A stretch of 63,887 nucleotides of DNA, counting the filler, from Neolecta irregularis DAH-3 (Eukaryota), in assembly GCA_001929475.1 (NCBI GenBank). It is 7 parts of 7 records of this genome, joined end to end, with 100 filler letters (N's around TTAATTAATTAA, not from the genome) between each part and the next. Parts side by side here need not be neighbours in the genome. Positions count along the whole stretch, not along the records: positions 1 to 13,701 come from LXFE01000699.1; positions 13,802 to 23,256 come from LXFE01000702.1; 5 more parts are not named here. The stretch is one strand, 5' to 3'. Positions 1-14,241 of the stretch are shown one piece after another. The position numbers and the translations under genes are program-made. The notes under the pieces were generated by a model that worked only from the letters and a program-made list of their open reading frames with translations, was not told where the DNA came from and ran no database searches. Every line of letters starts with the position of its first letter. Position 1 is the first letter of the stretch.

Positions 1-3000
1 AAAAATCTGGGGAGAATTCAAGCAATACCTGGCCGGCCGTTTCTTCAATCAATTTGTCCATGGTATCAAGCAACTCTGATTGAAAAATGTTGCCGTTTTC
101 AAATTTGCGTAATCCATTTGCCAAAAGCTGTTGCGCAATCACGTTGTCTTGATTATTAGAAAAAGCCAAGCGCTGAGACAAACTTTTGGAGCAAGTTCGT
201 AGAATACGGGCTCGTTGGTTAGCTTCCTTGTATGCTTTGTATATCGAATCAACAGAATCAATAGCGTAACCAAAGAATACTGCTGCGTCGTGAGTATTCT
301 CTATGGGCTCGTAACTTTCCCATATTTCCTCTCGAATCAGTTCAGCCTTTTTCCGAGTTCTCTCCAATACATCTTCATGTTGCATTTCTCCAACCATAAA
401 AAACTCCCAAAGAAGTTCGTGTTTCGATATTGTCGGACTTGGATGATTGAGACACACACTTAAAAAGTCATCCAGAGATCTAGTCAATTCTCGTAAGATT
501 GCACGGGAAGGTTTTGACGGGATCAGGCAAGGATGGAGATTCGAAGATGGTAACGTAGGGAGCCAAGCAGAAGTTTGCTCAAACGCCAGCAAGTGGCGAA
601 GGTGAACGAAATCAGCGAGAGACCTACGTGACACGGTCAAGGTCGAAACGTCCAGAGATGACCCAGATCCCTTTTCAACTTTTTTCACAATCCCACTTTT
701 AATGATGTATTGAACTGTCAAGTCGTCCGATAGGTAAGGCCGTACCACTGCGGTAACTCGACCATCTTCAGTGGGGGTTCTGTTAAGCAACAAGTAATAA
801 ACTGAGGTTTAGTAAAGGTATATGTCATCAACTTACCATCGAGATGATTTTTGATAGACTCGTCATTTGTATATTCGGATGGCCTAGCGCCAGACCGATC
901 TTCAGCCTGTAAATCAGCTCCATGATTCAGCAAATAATCGATGCAGTCAATGGCCTTCTCTCGGACAGCTATGTGTAAAGCAGTCAAACCCATTCCGTAA
1001 GATCGTAGATCAACACTCATAAACGTTCCGACTGTCGAGAGCATTTCCACATTTCCTGTAGAAGCAGCCGTATGGATAGGGAGTAGTCCGCGTGAATCTT
1101 GTATATTGAGATCGATACGTGGATCTTCCAAAAGACGTTGGACGAGTGCCTTTTTGCCGAGTTTGATAAAGTGTAGTAGTGGAGATAGACCCTTTTGATT
1201 CGGGAGATTGATATTTCCCGGAAGTTCAAGAAGGAAGTTCAGCACTTGCAGATTGCCACAAAGGTGGAAAAGTGAATTGGCCTTTGAATCTATATGTTGG
1301 TCTGCGTTGAAAGTAGAGTGACGTTGGATGGACATTATTGAAGTACTGAGCTATCGATTAATATGTGAAACAAAAGTAAATTCACCATTTGAAAACATTG
1401 TGGATGGTCGTAAAGCCTACAAAGTGCAAATATTGGTGTCTGACCGGTATTATCTTTCTTAGTCCAAGGCAACTCGGCCGCGAACCTCTGAATTAGTTCC
1501 GGGAATTTCATGATATAATATGAATGCGCAATTGTTCGGCCAGTTGGATCCGTAGCCGCTAAATATTTTTCCAACCCTGACGAATCGAGATGATCAACGA
1601 TCATCTTTGCAGCTGGGATATTGTCAAGTTCTAGAGCCCTCATCAATGGTGTGATGCCATTGTAGTCGCGATCATTGACATGAAAAGACTTGTGGATATA
1701 AGGCTGATTTAATAAGAAATGAAGACTATTATTCATTCCACTAGAAACTGACATCATAATCGCACTGTTTCCCTCGGAATCGCAAGACCGGAACAGAGCA
1801 TCGAGTTGGTCTGTCACTGGTTCTAGTGTGCGGTCTGTAAAGTCTGCTTCCTTTTTGATCTCCTGGTCATCATTAAGAGCTGACGAGGGTGGGGAATGAA
1901 CAAAGGTCCGCTGGAGGAATTGCACATCCCCGGATTTGATGGCCCGCCAAAACTTTGCATTTGTATCGCTTATGGCCTTTAAACGAGCAAAATTTTCTCG
2001 TAGATATTGCACAACAGCATCAAGAGTTGACACAACGAACCCAATTTCTCCAGATTCGACGTCATCGAAGGAAAACCTTCGTATAAATAGGAGATTGCTT
2101 TCTAAATTGGCAACCTTTGATCTTGCACTAACCCTGTAAGCTTTTGTTTACAAAAGAGGGCGATTTACATTACTAGAACTAGAAGCGATATGATATAATC
2201 GGCATTGAGAGAAACTTGCATATCATATGCCTTTTCGCTCAAGTCTTGTCGCTTGAGCTTGCCTGGAGTAGAATCACCACAAGCAATGATTTGGACTGTA
2301 TTTATCAACACCTCCATCTTTTCCGACGGGGTTCTCCCGGTGCCAAAGGTTCGAAAACATGCGATCGCAGATAAAAGCCGTTGCACAATGAAATTGTCAA
2401 CAGAGGGAATTTCGACTTGGTGTATATCTAGATTTGAAAGAGCTTCCATGGATTCCGAGTCAAGATCAGAAACAAGGTCTGATTTCATAACCTGGAAATA
2501 CACGAGATTGTAAGTATTTTCGAGTATGTAACTGGGTGTCAATACATCGACGGGAATAGGGTTAAACTTTTCAATAATACGAGAGATTGACCCCTCGTTC
2601 ACATCTGAGGTATTGGCCATTTGCCGAATAGCCCTGTTTTCTACTTTGGAGAATAACTCCAAGGCATCCGCTACGGCCTTGTCTACGCCAGCTTTTACAT
2701 CATCTAGATGCATGAGGGTTTGAAAGCGATCATTGAATTCTCGGAGAAGGCGTTCGAGACCGGGCTGCATGGACCGACCAATTGTGGGATACTGCGTAAA
2801 CAGATGGGCTAGGCTGTCGATGGTAGGCGGCGTATCAATTGGAAGAGTAGTGACTCTAAGTTTTTGCGGCGGCGGGACATCTAAATCGAGGAGGGGCCGG
2901 TCGATGTAGTATACGATGAACGGGGCCTCTGAGTGGGGTGGGTAGTACAGAATGTCGTTGAGCATCTTTGCGCTATGCTTCGTTTTGAAGCCTTTGTTTG

Positions 3001-3268
3001 GATAAACATGGAGGTCTTTAAAGACCAGTGTGCGACCATTGAGCGTTGGATAGTGGCGGACTTTGTTTTTTGCCTGGTTGAACGAGAGCGGGGTGCATCT
3101 GACGATATGGCTTGCGAGGAATTCCTCGGTGATATTTTCTGACAGAAGCGCAAGTGCGCGCGGGACCAGTAGTACACATTGAGCAGGTGGTGCACATTGC
3201 TGGAGCAGATCTGCAAAACTGGGACGAAAAAGGGCTCCGAGAAAGGGATCCGGGTTGTGGGGTGCCAT
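1..3268 (-). CDS. VRL1: VPS9-domain, ankyrin-repeat (probably also PX) endosomal Rab GEF, Vrl1/VARP-like; multi-exon, 3' end runs off the window
   Basis: ORFs 2165-3328 (start MAPHNPDPFLGALF at 3268; VPS9 motifs TPSEKMEVL...LNADYIISLLVLV), 1335-2033 and 718-1335 (ankyrin repeats GNSAIM, GITPLM, GQTPIF, GLSPLL, GLTALHIA), joined by short GT-AG introns. Confidence 0.8.
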
Positions 3269-3312
3269 TTTGGGAGAAAGGCGGATCCAAGGCGGGGCTG
3301 CACACCACCAAA

Positions 3313-4018
3313 ATGAAAGTATATTCAATTGCCCTCATTCGAACAGACACAAAGCCGACATGTATCCTGGCAAAGGCCTCGGAGCTGAGTTCCTTTGGAT
3401 TCTTCCAGCGCTCCAGGTGTGTGTGAATCTTGTATTTATTTACTGACCTGCAGCGTCCAGGAGTTTATGAACTTCTTCAGTGTCACAATCGCCGAGCGAA
3501 CTAAATCAGGGATGCGCCAGGACGTCGAGGAGAAAGATTACGTCGGCCATGTATATGCTCGCAACGAGGGCATTGCTGGTGTTATCGTAACCGACAAGGA
3601 ATACCCCGGGCGCGTGGCTTATTCGCTCTTGTCCAAGATACTTGACGAGTTTCTACAAGACTTTCCTGGAAAAGACAGATGGACAGAGAATATGCCCGTT
3701 CAGACGCAGAAACTGTCAGACTACATTTCAAAGTACCAGGATCCAAATCAAGCAGATACTATAATGAAAGTACAGCAAGAACTTGACGAGACCAAAGAGG
3801 TCCTGGTATGCCTCTACTCACAGCTATCTGCTCAGGTCAATAGAAACAGACAATTGATCAAGTCCTCAGACGTGGAGAAAAGCTGGACGACCTTGTAGCT
3901 CGATCAGACGATCTTTCCGCACAGTCGCGATTATTTTACAAACAGGTACCACATTTATATTATCATCCAGCCAACCATTTAGGCCAAGAAGACAAATTCT
4001 TGTTGCCTGATTCAATAG
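3313..4018 (+). CDS. YKT6: Longin R-SNARE Ykt6
   Basis: [10 protein letters not shown]...[52 protein letters not shown]-terminal CCLIQ prenylation motif; 3 short introns. Confidence 0.95.
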
Positions 4019-4222
4019 GGCGTTGTGGGATCTTGTCGCATTCTGTGCTTTTGAGCTGAATTGCTGTTGAGATAATCAATTTTAGTTACATTCACATAGC
4101 AGATCATATATTTCTAGTGAATTCACATCTGCATCCATGAGGTTGAATCATTTCTACAGTTTTGCATCCGAGCTCGCAAACTCCTGTTGAAAATGAGTTT
4201 CATGCTCAAATCCAAATCACAT

Positions 4223-5916
<1,694 letters not shown>

Positions 5917-6406
5917 TTTTGTTAGGTAGGAAAAGTGGTGAAGGAAGAAACTCACGTTTTCAAAAAGTTCCATAATCAACATCGTTGAACTCGGATACAC
6001 TAACCCAGAACAAATGTGTTTAAATCTAGACCAAAAAGTGTGAAAACAAGAATAACGATAAAACAGTTCCACGCAAAAACATCCAGCAGAGTATATGTCC
6101 GCAATCAGCATTTACAATGATCAGTAAGTTCAAAATAACCAATGCTGCTCTGCATCTTCCAACCAATTTTGCAGTCAGCTTTTGTAAATCCTACAATCAC
6201 CCTCTGCTCCTAGCAGGTTTCTGCACAGAGCATCCTCCTTGTACTGAACTCTATACTTCCTTTTCGGAAAAAAAGAAAAAGGAAACAAAGCAAGAAAGGA
6301 AATACCCATATAGAAACAAAATGCCCGAAAATCACTTTTTTTTGTTCTTATTCTAAAATTGAATGGAAATAGAAGATTAAAGAATCCTACGGTACTGTCG
6401 GTGAGG

Positions 6407-9151
6407 CTAAACATTGTCCACGGTATGTTTGCCTTTCTAGAAGAGTGATTACAATTCATCTGATAAGAAATACCTGTTGGTAATGCTCGATGAGGTCAAC
6501 TTTTGATGCAGCGTGATCAAAGTCTTCGATTTTCTGAAATTTGGAAAGAGAATGCTCAAGCTCCGGAACCAATGCTGTTTTATGATCTTGAAAGGTGCTC
6601 GTAGCTTTGAAATACTCTAAAAGTGCCCACAATCCCTCAAGTCCATAAGTACTTCCATTGCGACAATCGGTGAGGACAATGCTACAAAAGTCGTTGAAAA
6701 CAGCTTTTCGAAAGTGTCGTTGGAGGGCGTTACGATAGAATCGCAACAGACACTCGAGGCCGTATCGTTGATTCAAATTTGCATCGCTGACAGCGATGCA
6801 TTTGAAATCGTTATACATCCTGTTGTTCCAATGATCTCGGAGAAAGTGTCCCCAGAAGCGGAAGAGTAAGTTCATGTCTTTGCTCTTCCCAGGTCCCAAT
6901 TTCGCTCGATCAGCCAATGACTTTGCATGAAACCGATGATAGACATGTTGCATAAAACTCCCCTGGCGCAAAAGCTCATGGGAAGGATGCTCGGAGTGGA
7001 CTCCATCCGGCCTATCGGGAACAAAGAAGCTGGAAATAGAGTCTGGGCTATCGGCAGCATTGTAAGCAGAATATTTATGTGAGCCCATGAACCAACCAAC
7101 TTCGCCAGGATGCATGGGTTTGCCGTCGATGCTGGGAGGAATATTGCTAGGGCTTGCACCGGCTTCATATGGGAAGAATCTCTTTGATCTAAGGGCGAGG
7201 CTTAAATAAGTGACTAGTAAATATCAACAACGTACCCGTTGCTTGGATCAGACTGGCCAGCCTGCTCTGCTTTAAGCAAGCCCTCGTCAATGAGAGTAGA
7301 GTATGAGCCGTTAACTTCGGAGCGAAGGGCATCGACCAAGGAATTCTTTGTAAAAGATTTTCTTCGTTGTGTGACGAGTATTAGACGATTGACTGCGTCA
7401 TCGCTAAAATCTTCCTCAATTTCATCTATAGTAGCAACATTGGGGTGAAGTTCCTCATCGAGAGAAAACATTGATTCGGTGGAGCCTGAATTGTTTGCAA
7501 GAGTTTGTTGAAAGAGTGGAGATCGAGGAACGAACGCCGGGGCAGTCAAGTTAAGTTTCAAGTTTCCCCGGTCTTTGGAGTGAGGCTCGAATGGAGGTGC
7601 CTGTACACTCATTTGGGGGTGAGGATTTGCGATCTCTGGCGAACAGTTTTCAGAGGATTGGTTTCTCTGATCAACAGGGAGTACCCATATTTCCCAGTCT
7701 TCTCGTTTCCGCACCATTTCCATATCTATATGTTGAAGCTCGACGATGGATGATCGAAGACAACAATCCTTGAGAAGGTTAAAGTCGGTTGTGATGGCGC
7801 GCATTCGATTGAAATTCGCAAGAACGGACAGAGGAACAAATCCTTGAGAGTCCATGTGTCGACGAAGGAAGATATCTTTGCATAAATTGTCGATAGAAAA
7901 ATAGTATTCACTAGAGCGTCAGAGAAGACATGTGTGTTGCAACAAACACTTGAGATGTGATAACAAAACGTATATATGAAACATCTGGAATAGAAAATGG
8001 TTGCATCATGGTCATATTGACTGGTGCCATGTTGGCAGGGTAGTCATAGCCATTTGTGGAATAACGGTTGTAAATTGGCACACTATTAGCACGAGAGGAT
8101 TGTCGGTATTGATGGGGGTAGGTGTGATGGGGGCCAGTTGTTGGGCTTGTATGTAGAGAGTGGCTGGAAGAACTATGGTACGAGCCTGGGGTCAAATTGG
8201 GTATATGTAAACAAAACGTACCTCGACCTCGGGATGCACGCGAAGGGCGTCGTTCTTTGGAAATGTCCTTCTGCTCGACATGTTCCGTCCCATTTGACTT
8301 TTCACCGTTTCCTATTTTTGCATTGCGGGAAATATCGATGACTGGAGAGGCACCATTGTGGCCATTTGATATTGGGATGCATTCCGACGGTTCGCGACTG
8401 GAAGGATTATCAACGCTATAATTTCTTTGGTGGGGTTTTCGTGACTCTTTGTCGTGAGCTTTTACTACTCTACTCGCGTCGCTGCTGCTAGACGAACGCT
8501 CGACGACACTATGGGACCTCCCGGCTCGAATAGCCTTGCTCCCTCGGGAGGGGCCTTTTGGAGGGAGCGGGTGGTTGTGGGTGATGGTGGGAGTTATGTG
8601 GACCCATTTGTCTTTGCCGACTGGGACGATTAGAGGATGTATGCGCAGAAAAATGACATACGGGACTTTGGCGGGGGTGCCGCAGCGGGTGCTAGTTTTG
8701 GTTGGTCGTGTTCTCTGACTTCAGTGGCGGCCTTTTCAGGGGTGGGCCAGAGCTGGCTGTCGTCAAAGGAGGGGAACTTGATGTCAGTGGCGGGGGTACG
8801 CCGTGAGACGTGGTGCGATTTTGGAATGACTAGAGGATGAGATCAGGCGAGGCGAGTCGCGGAATTACCGTCCCTGCTCCATCTTGTGACGTGCTTTCTT
8901 GATTCGGTTAGAGAGTCCGTCGGATGTGGGGAAGCGGGTGCCGGCGCGTGGCGTGGATGCAGGCGCAGGTCCTGGCGGGCTTTCCATGGGTTGATTGCAG
9001 GATTGGGGGCCGGGGTGAAGGGGTGGACAGGCGAGTCGGGGGAGGAGCAGGCGGTGTCGGGTGATGGATCCGATTCCAGTTCGGCAGAGCGGGCATGCTC
9101 GTGGGGCTCGGAGACTGAGTGCAGAGTGTGTGCAGATGCGAGGTCGGGCAT
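6407..9151 (-). CDS. LARP1: La-related protein 1 (La motif plus C-terminal DM15 domain)
   Basis: EYYFSIDNLCKDIFLRRHMDSQGFVPLSVLANFNRM (La motif); HPSHELL, LFRFWGHFLRDHWNNRMYNDF, RYGLECLLRFY (DM15); start codon and last exon placed by eye. Confidence 0.85.
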
Positions 9152-9496
9152 GCGAATGGAGTTTGTAGAGCAGCGGAGAGCAGGCAGGGAGGAGTAGAGT
9201 GGATGGAGGAGTCGAGCAGGTGAAGTAGAGTAGTGAGCTTTATTCAGCACTGAGCAGGCGAGCGGACGGTGCAGCAGACTGCTCGACTCAGACTCAAACT
9301 CAGACTCAAACTCAGACTCGCAGCAGAGCACAAGAGCGAAAGACCAGAGGGTCGCGGAGAGGAGGGTGGTTAGAGAATTGAAAGGTAAGACGGTGCAAGA
9401 ATTTGAAGGAAGCCTGCGCGCGCCCAGTCCTGGAAAAAAGCAGTCGCTACCCTATCCAGCCGTAATCTACCCCCCGCTCAACCCCCACCCTACTAT

Positions 9497-10261
9497 CTAC
9501 CCAAAGTAGCTCCCCGCCTGTCTCGCCATCATTCGGCCCCCAAACTGGAGCCCGCTCAGCCCCCCCGGGATATATGCAAACAGAAACATGGCACACAACA
9601 CCACCTGTGACACGCTGCCCACAATAGTCAGCAGCACAGACTTTAGCCCAATGGCAAAATACAGCGTCAGAGCCATCGCCCCAAAGTACCCCGTCGTATA
9701 TGCGGCCCGGTTACGAGACAGCAGGTGGCTTGCAAAGGCAGTCGGTCCCTGCAGCATTGCAAAACTACCCCATTTTAGCTCCCCTTCATATATGCATCAT
9801 CCCACCTGAGAAGAAACAACAATGACCCCACAGTCCTGCGCCACATTAGTCAACCTGTCTTGAACGACTCTTTACCACAACACGGAAAACTTGCGCGCCT
9901 TCAGGGGCAGCACTGGTAGAAAAAGGAATGCTACCGAGAAACACACCATGCTTCCCAAAACACACATCCCAAACATGATCATCCGGTCCCATCGCGATAA
10001 AGCGAACCAGGCCCCTTCTTCTTGGTCTTGTGATGCGGACGCTGGGAGTGTCTCGGTTGAATATGTAGGAAGGCGGATGTAACCTTGCCCAGAGAACGGG
10101 TTCAGTTTATTAAACATGGACGGTTTACTCGTCGATACTTGAGCTTCTGCTGAATCCGAGCCCTCCCGAGCCCATCGAAAACTTGACAGCTTTGACCGAA
10201 ACATAGATTCCTATACATCTTGTTAATATGTGATCAGCATTACAAATCGTACAGAAGTCAT
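9497..10261 (-). CDS. SFT2: Got1/Sft2-family Golgi membrane protein
   Basis: WFALSRWDRMIMFGMC, KARKFSVLW, GPTAFASHLLSRNR, YIPGGLSGLQF; 9-nt first coding exon ATGACTTCT. Confidence 0.9.
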
Positions 10262-10359
10262 GGTTACTGTTGCCTCATTCGTGACGTCCGCGGCTTAAAA
10301 TTTCGGGCTTCCGGTATATTCCGACCTCCTCTGCAGGTGCATATAGCGCCCAGTAAAAC

Positions 10360-11172
10360 ATGACAGATTATTCAGAAGAGCGCGCTCAAGAGCTAGAGGT
10401 TCTAAAGTCGATCTACCCTGATGAAATCTCGAGTATTGCCCGTCTTTTATCCAGTATTTACCATCATCAGTGATCGCAGACGGTTATTTTCGGTTGCGGG
10501 TCCACCTCGAAGCTCCAGGACGGCCAGAACCAGGTTTGCTATAGATTTCCTGCAACTGACGACCTAGTGATAGCACATCTTGTTGTCTTGTATACAGCCA
10601 AGTATCCTGATGAAGCACCAGAACTTGTAATCGAACTTGATGATACCGACGATAAGCTGCTCATCACAGACGAAGACAAACCAGCACTACTGCAAAAGCT
10701 AGAGGCTATTGTACGATTATTTCTCAGATTAATATTTACGCTGCAGGTGTCTGAGAACATTGGGATGGCAATGATATTTAGCATTGTGGAAGGATTAAAA
10801 GAAGCTGGAACAGAGCTACTCGAATTCAAACGCAAAAGGGCGACACAATTAGAAGAAGAACGACAGAACGCGCTATATGAAGCACGTCCAAATGGATGTA
10901 TATTATTCTAATTTTTCCAGGTAGAACAAGCCAAATTTCGCGGAACGCCAGTCACAAGGGAGACCTTTATGCAATGGAGGAAGAAGTTTGAAGCAGAAAT
11001 GGCGGCTTTGGCGTCGAATGCTAATGAAGAAGAGCAAACGGGGACATTACTGCGATTGAAGAAACAAGAGGTCAAACTGACAGGAAAGCAACTTTTTGAA
11101 CTAGATAAATCGCTTGCGACTTCAGATGAAATGATTGATCTGCAGGAGAACATTAGTAGTATCTCGGTGTGA
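10360..11172 (+). CDS. GIR2: RWD-domain protein Gir2/RWDD1
   Basis: MTDYSEERAQELEVLKSIYPDE, YTAKYPDEAP, ENIGMAMIFSIV, KFRGTPVTRETFMQWR, KLTGKQLFE. Confidence 0.9.
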
Positions 11173-11534
11173 AAGTACCAAGGCTGCGGCTGGGAATTTG
11201 TAAAAGTAACAGCCGGTTTCAAGACTTCGTCCTCCAAAACATCAGGAAAATATGATTAATGTCAATAAAAGACCAACAGGCAAAGAGTACCAAATTTCCA
11301 GCCCTTATCAAGGATCTTTTCCTCACGGTCAGGATTCTGGTGCCGTTTCAATGCTTGGCGATCATCGCAAGCTGGGCGGTCTGTTGTAGTTGACTTGAAA
11401 GCACGGTGCTTGGCTGGATGCGAAGTAGTATCAGACATTACAAAATTCGACCATGAGCACTTGCGTAAATCTGAGTGTTTTAATCACGTGCATCAACTGG
11501 TAAATTTTGAAACTTTTTTGAAACCAAATCTGCC

Positions 11535-12633
11535 ATGGCAGCAGATTCTTTGGTGGACGATATTCTATCCCGAGCGAGAATACTGCTTGTTCAAGGGCAG
11601 GTAGAAGAAGCAGCAGCATGTGTCTCGCATATTGCATCGACGCAAGATCTTTCCGGGGTCCCTTGCGACCGACTCCAGCTTCTGGGGGAAATCACCTTGG
11701 AGCTCGGCCAAGTAGATCAAGCACGGTCAATTTTTCTCGAGGCGGTGAAGAGATCACAGGATTCTGAGCAAGATTCTTACTCGAAATATCTTTGGCTGGC
11801 TCAAATCAGCGAGGATGGCGGAAAAGAAGCAGCCGGGTGGTTCGAGCGGGGCATTGCGGTGTTGACCAAGAGACTTGAAGCCCAAGGCGATGATTCTGAT
11901 TTAAAGTTCAAACTTGCGAGTGCACTTTGCGGACTTGCTGAACTCTATTTGACAGAACTATGGTATATTCCGCGTTGTGCGTAACTCGATCTTGTAGCAT
12001 GCAAGACGACGCCGAACAAAAGTGTCAAGAATACGTCACAAGAGCAATTGAATTGGATCCATATTCATCGGATGCATACCAAACGCTGGCCTCTATTCGA
12101 ATATCGCAGCAAAGAATGGAAGAAGCAAAGCAAGCTATTCAGAAATCATTATCGATGATATCTGAAATCCGAGCAGGTTAGCAGGTACACGGCAATTACT
12201 GACCCAACAGACAATCCACCTACATATTCTTCCCGAATCTCGTTATCGCGGGTATTGATTGAAGTTGGCGAATATACGAGCGCCTTAGAAATGCTATCCA
12301 ATTTACAAAAAGAAGATGATGAAATTGTTGATTTATGGTATTTATACGGATGGTGTTTTTTCATTTCGGTAAAGGAATGTGTAGATGAAGAGGAGCGTAA
12401 AGCGACATTACAAGATGCACGAGAATGTTTAGAAATCTGTGAATCGGTACGATGGTACGATATTAAACTAATTCTAGGTTTATAAGAGATTGGAGTGGGA
12501 CGATGAGGGGATTAGAGAACATGTTGTGGAATTATTGGCGATTATCAACGGGGAGATTCCGGAAAAGGAGGATGAGAGTGAATGTGGATGGGAAGATTTA
12601 GAAAGCGATGAAGATGGAATGAATATTAATTGA
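11535..12633 (+). CDS. ACL4: TPR protein, assembly chaperone of Rpl4
   Basis: KYLWLAQISEDGG, LASALCGLAELYLTE-LC, AYQTLASIRISQQR, PTYSSRISLSRVLIEVG, EDDEIVDLWYLYGW, acidic tail. Confidence 0.85.
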
Positions 12634-12642
12634 ATAGTCGAA

Positions 12643-12764
12643 TGAATAGTCGAAAGTTGATGATTGAAAAGTCAACAATGATAATTGAATAGTTAAAGTT
12701 TAACGGATTAATTGAATAGTTGAAAGTTGATGATTGAAAAGTCAGCAATGATAATTGAATAGTT
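12643..12764. repeat. Two about 52-bp direct repeats (period 70) between convergent ACL4 and PRP11
   Basis: TGAATAGTYGAAAGTTGATGATTGAAAAGTCARCAATGATAATTGAATAGTT at 12643 and 12713. Confidence 0.9.
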
Positions 12765-12785
12765 CAAGTATTTGTAAAGTATTTG

Positions 12786-13532
12786 TTAATGCTTTGGAGC
12801 CAAGCCAGGAACACCCATATCTAAGAGTCAGTTTTGAAATACATTAAAGATACATCTCTCTTCGCGTTCTGTTCTGAAAAAGAACTGCATCGAGTACTGT
12901 TTTGCATCTGGATCCCAATGAGTCCAGAACCTTCCTTGGCTACGATCAATTTCTTTAGCTTGTATTTTAAAGGCGACTGTTTCGTAAGGCTCACACGCGA
13001 CGAGAAGATACTGCCAGTTACGATCAGGCTGTTCGACATGTTGTTCATAAGCGCTCATGAAGCGATGGCGGGGATGGTTGTCGCCGTGGATTTCTGGGTA
13101 CTGGAGCTGAAAAAGCAAGCCGAGCTGTCTGTTCATTGGATCTCTTGATTTTGTGATTTTGTATCCTGGGCGGCCGATCTTTATGATATTTCTACGGACT
13201 GGGATTTGGGAGCCAGCGACGCCATAGGGGAGGGGGGTAGCCCCGTCCATGGCGCCCTCTCTGGACTCTTTGGCTGCGCGCCTTGCGAGGTTTGCCTGGT
13301 GTTTCTTGCCCTGGGTGTGGGCGAGGTAGGAGCCGTCGTTGACATGGACGGTTAGACACAGTTTGCACTCGTAGGAGCCAAGGTGGTTTTTCATGAAATA
13401 GGGATCTCTTGCGAGATCGATGGTCTCGAGGGCGAGTTTGCGAAGGCGTTCGCGGCGGTCAGCATTTGTTTCGCTGGTGCTTGCAACGCCGCCGCCGCCA
13501 AACTTGCTGCCTACTCTATTTTGGTAGTCCAT
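12786..13532 (-). CDS. PRP11: Splicing factor 3A subunit 2 (Prp11/Sap62)
   Basis: MDYQNRVGSKFGGGG, RRERLRKLALETIDL, CKLCLTVHVNDGSYLAHTQGKKH zinc finger, KIGRPGYKITK, HRFMSAYEQ; one 3' intron giving YMGVPGLAPKH*. Confidence 0.96.
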
Positions 13533-13617
13533 GGAGGAGGTGGAGGTGGAGGTGGAGGGCGGTGGCGGAGGAGGATTACACGTGAATGTGAATTTTTTAT
13601 TCATCTTTCCGTTTCAA

Positions 13618-13701
13618 CCTACTCCTACTCACTCCCACTCCTACTCACTCCTACTCACTCCTACTCACTCCTACTCACTCCTACTCACTCCTACTCACTC
13701 C
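13618..13701. repeat. (ACTCCTACTC)n decamer tandem repeat running into a gap
   Basis: About 8 copies directly visible. Confidence 0.95.
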
Positions 13702-13801
13702 NNNNNNNNNNNNNNNNNNNNNNNNNNNNNNNNNNNNNNNNNNNNTTAATTAATTAANNNNNNNNNNNNNNNNNNNNNNNNNNNNNNNNNNNNNNNNNNN
13801 N
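13702..13801. other. Assembly gap with TTAATTAATTAA linker; same at 23257-23356, 39718-39817, 50487-50586, 58286-58385, 61666-61765
   Basis: Identical 100-nt N/TTAATTAATTAA/N spacer, which puts stops in all six frames. Confidence 0.98.
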
Positions 13802-14057
13802 GGCTAGGCGGTGGAGGATACTGTGATGGCTGTCCATATTGGCTAGGCGGTGGAGGATACTGTGATGCTTGTCCATATTGGCTGGGTGATGGAGGATACT
13901 GTGGTGATTGTGCATATTCGCTTGGTGGTGGAGGATACTGTGGTGGTTGCCCATATTGGCTAGTTGGTGGTCCTGGTGGAGGCCTAAAGTAGTTTGGATG
14001 GCCATTGGGAGGCTGGAAGCGCTGTTGGTTCTGGTGATACTGCTGCCCTGGATACAT
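13802..14057 (-). CDS. 5' part of a P/Q/Y-rich protein (metacaspase- or annexin-like low-complexity N-terminus), truncated by gap
   Basis: MYPGQQYHQNQQRFQPPNG followed by 39-bp tandem repeats encoding SQYGQPxQYPPPP. Confidence 0.55.
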
Positions 14058-14241
14058 GAATACTGATAGTGGGGTGGCCACTCTGGGGTGGTGATAATTC
14101 GTAGATTTTAATCAGACTACAAACTGCAGACCATACATCATATCTATTCGGTCTTGTAAAAACTGTGCTTTGAATGTTTAGCTTTAGAACACAGGAATAG
14201 CATCCGGAGTGGAAACGGGGAGATCAAATGTAAAACACGAT

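Noticed and set aside
13746-13757. Recurrent palindrome TTAATTAATTAA
   Set aside because: Always centred in identical N-runs; an assembly linker, not biology.
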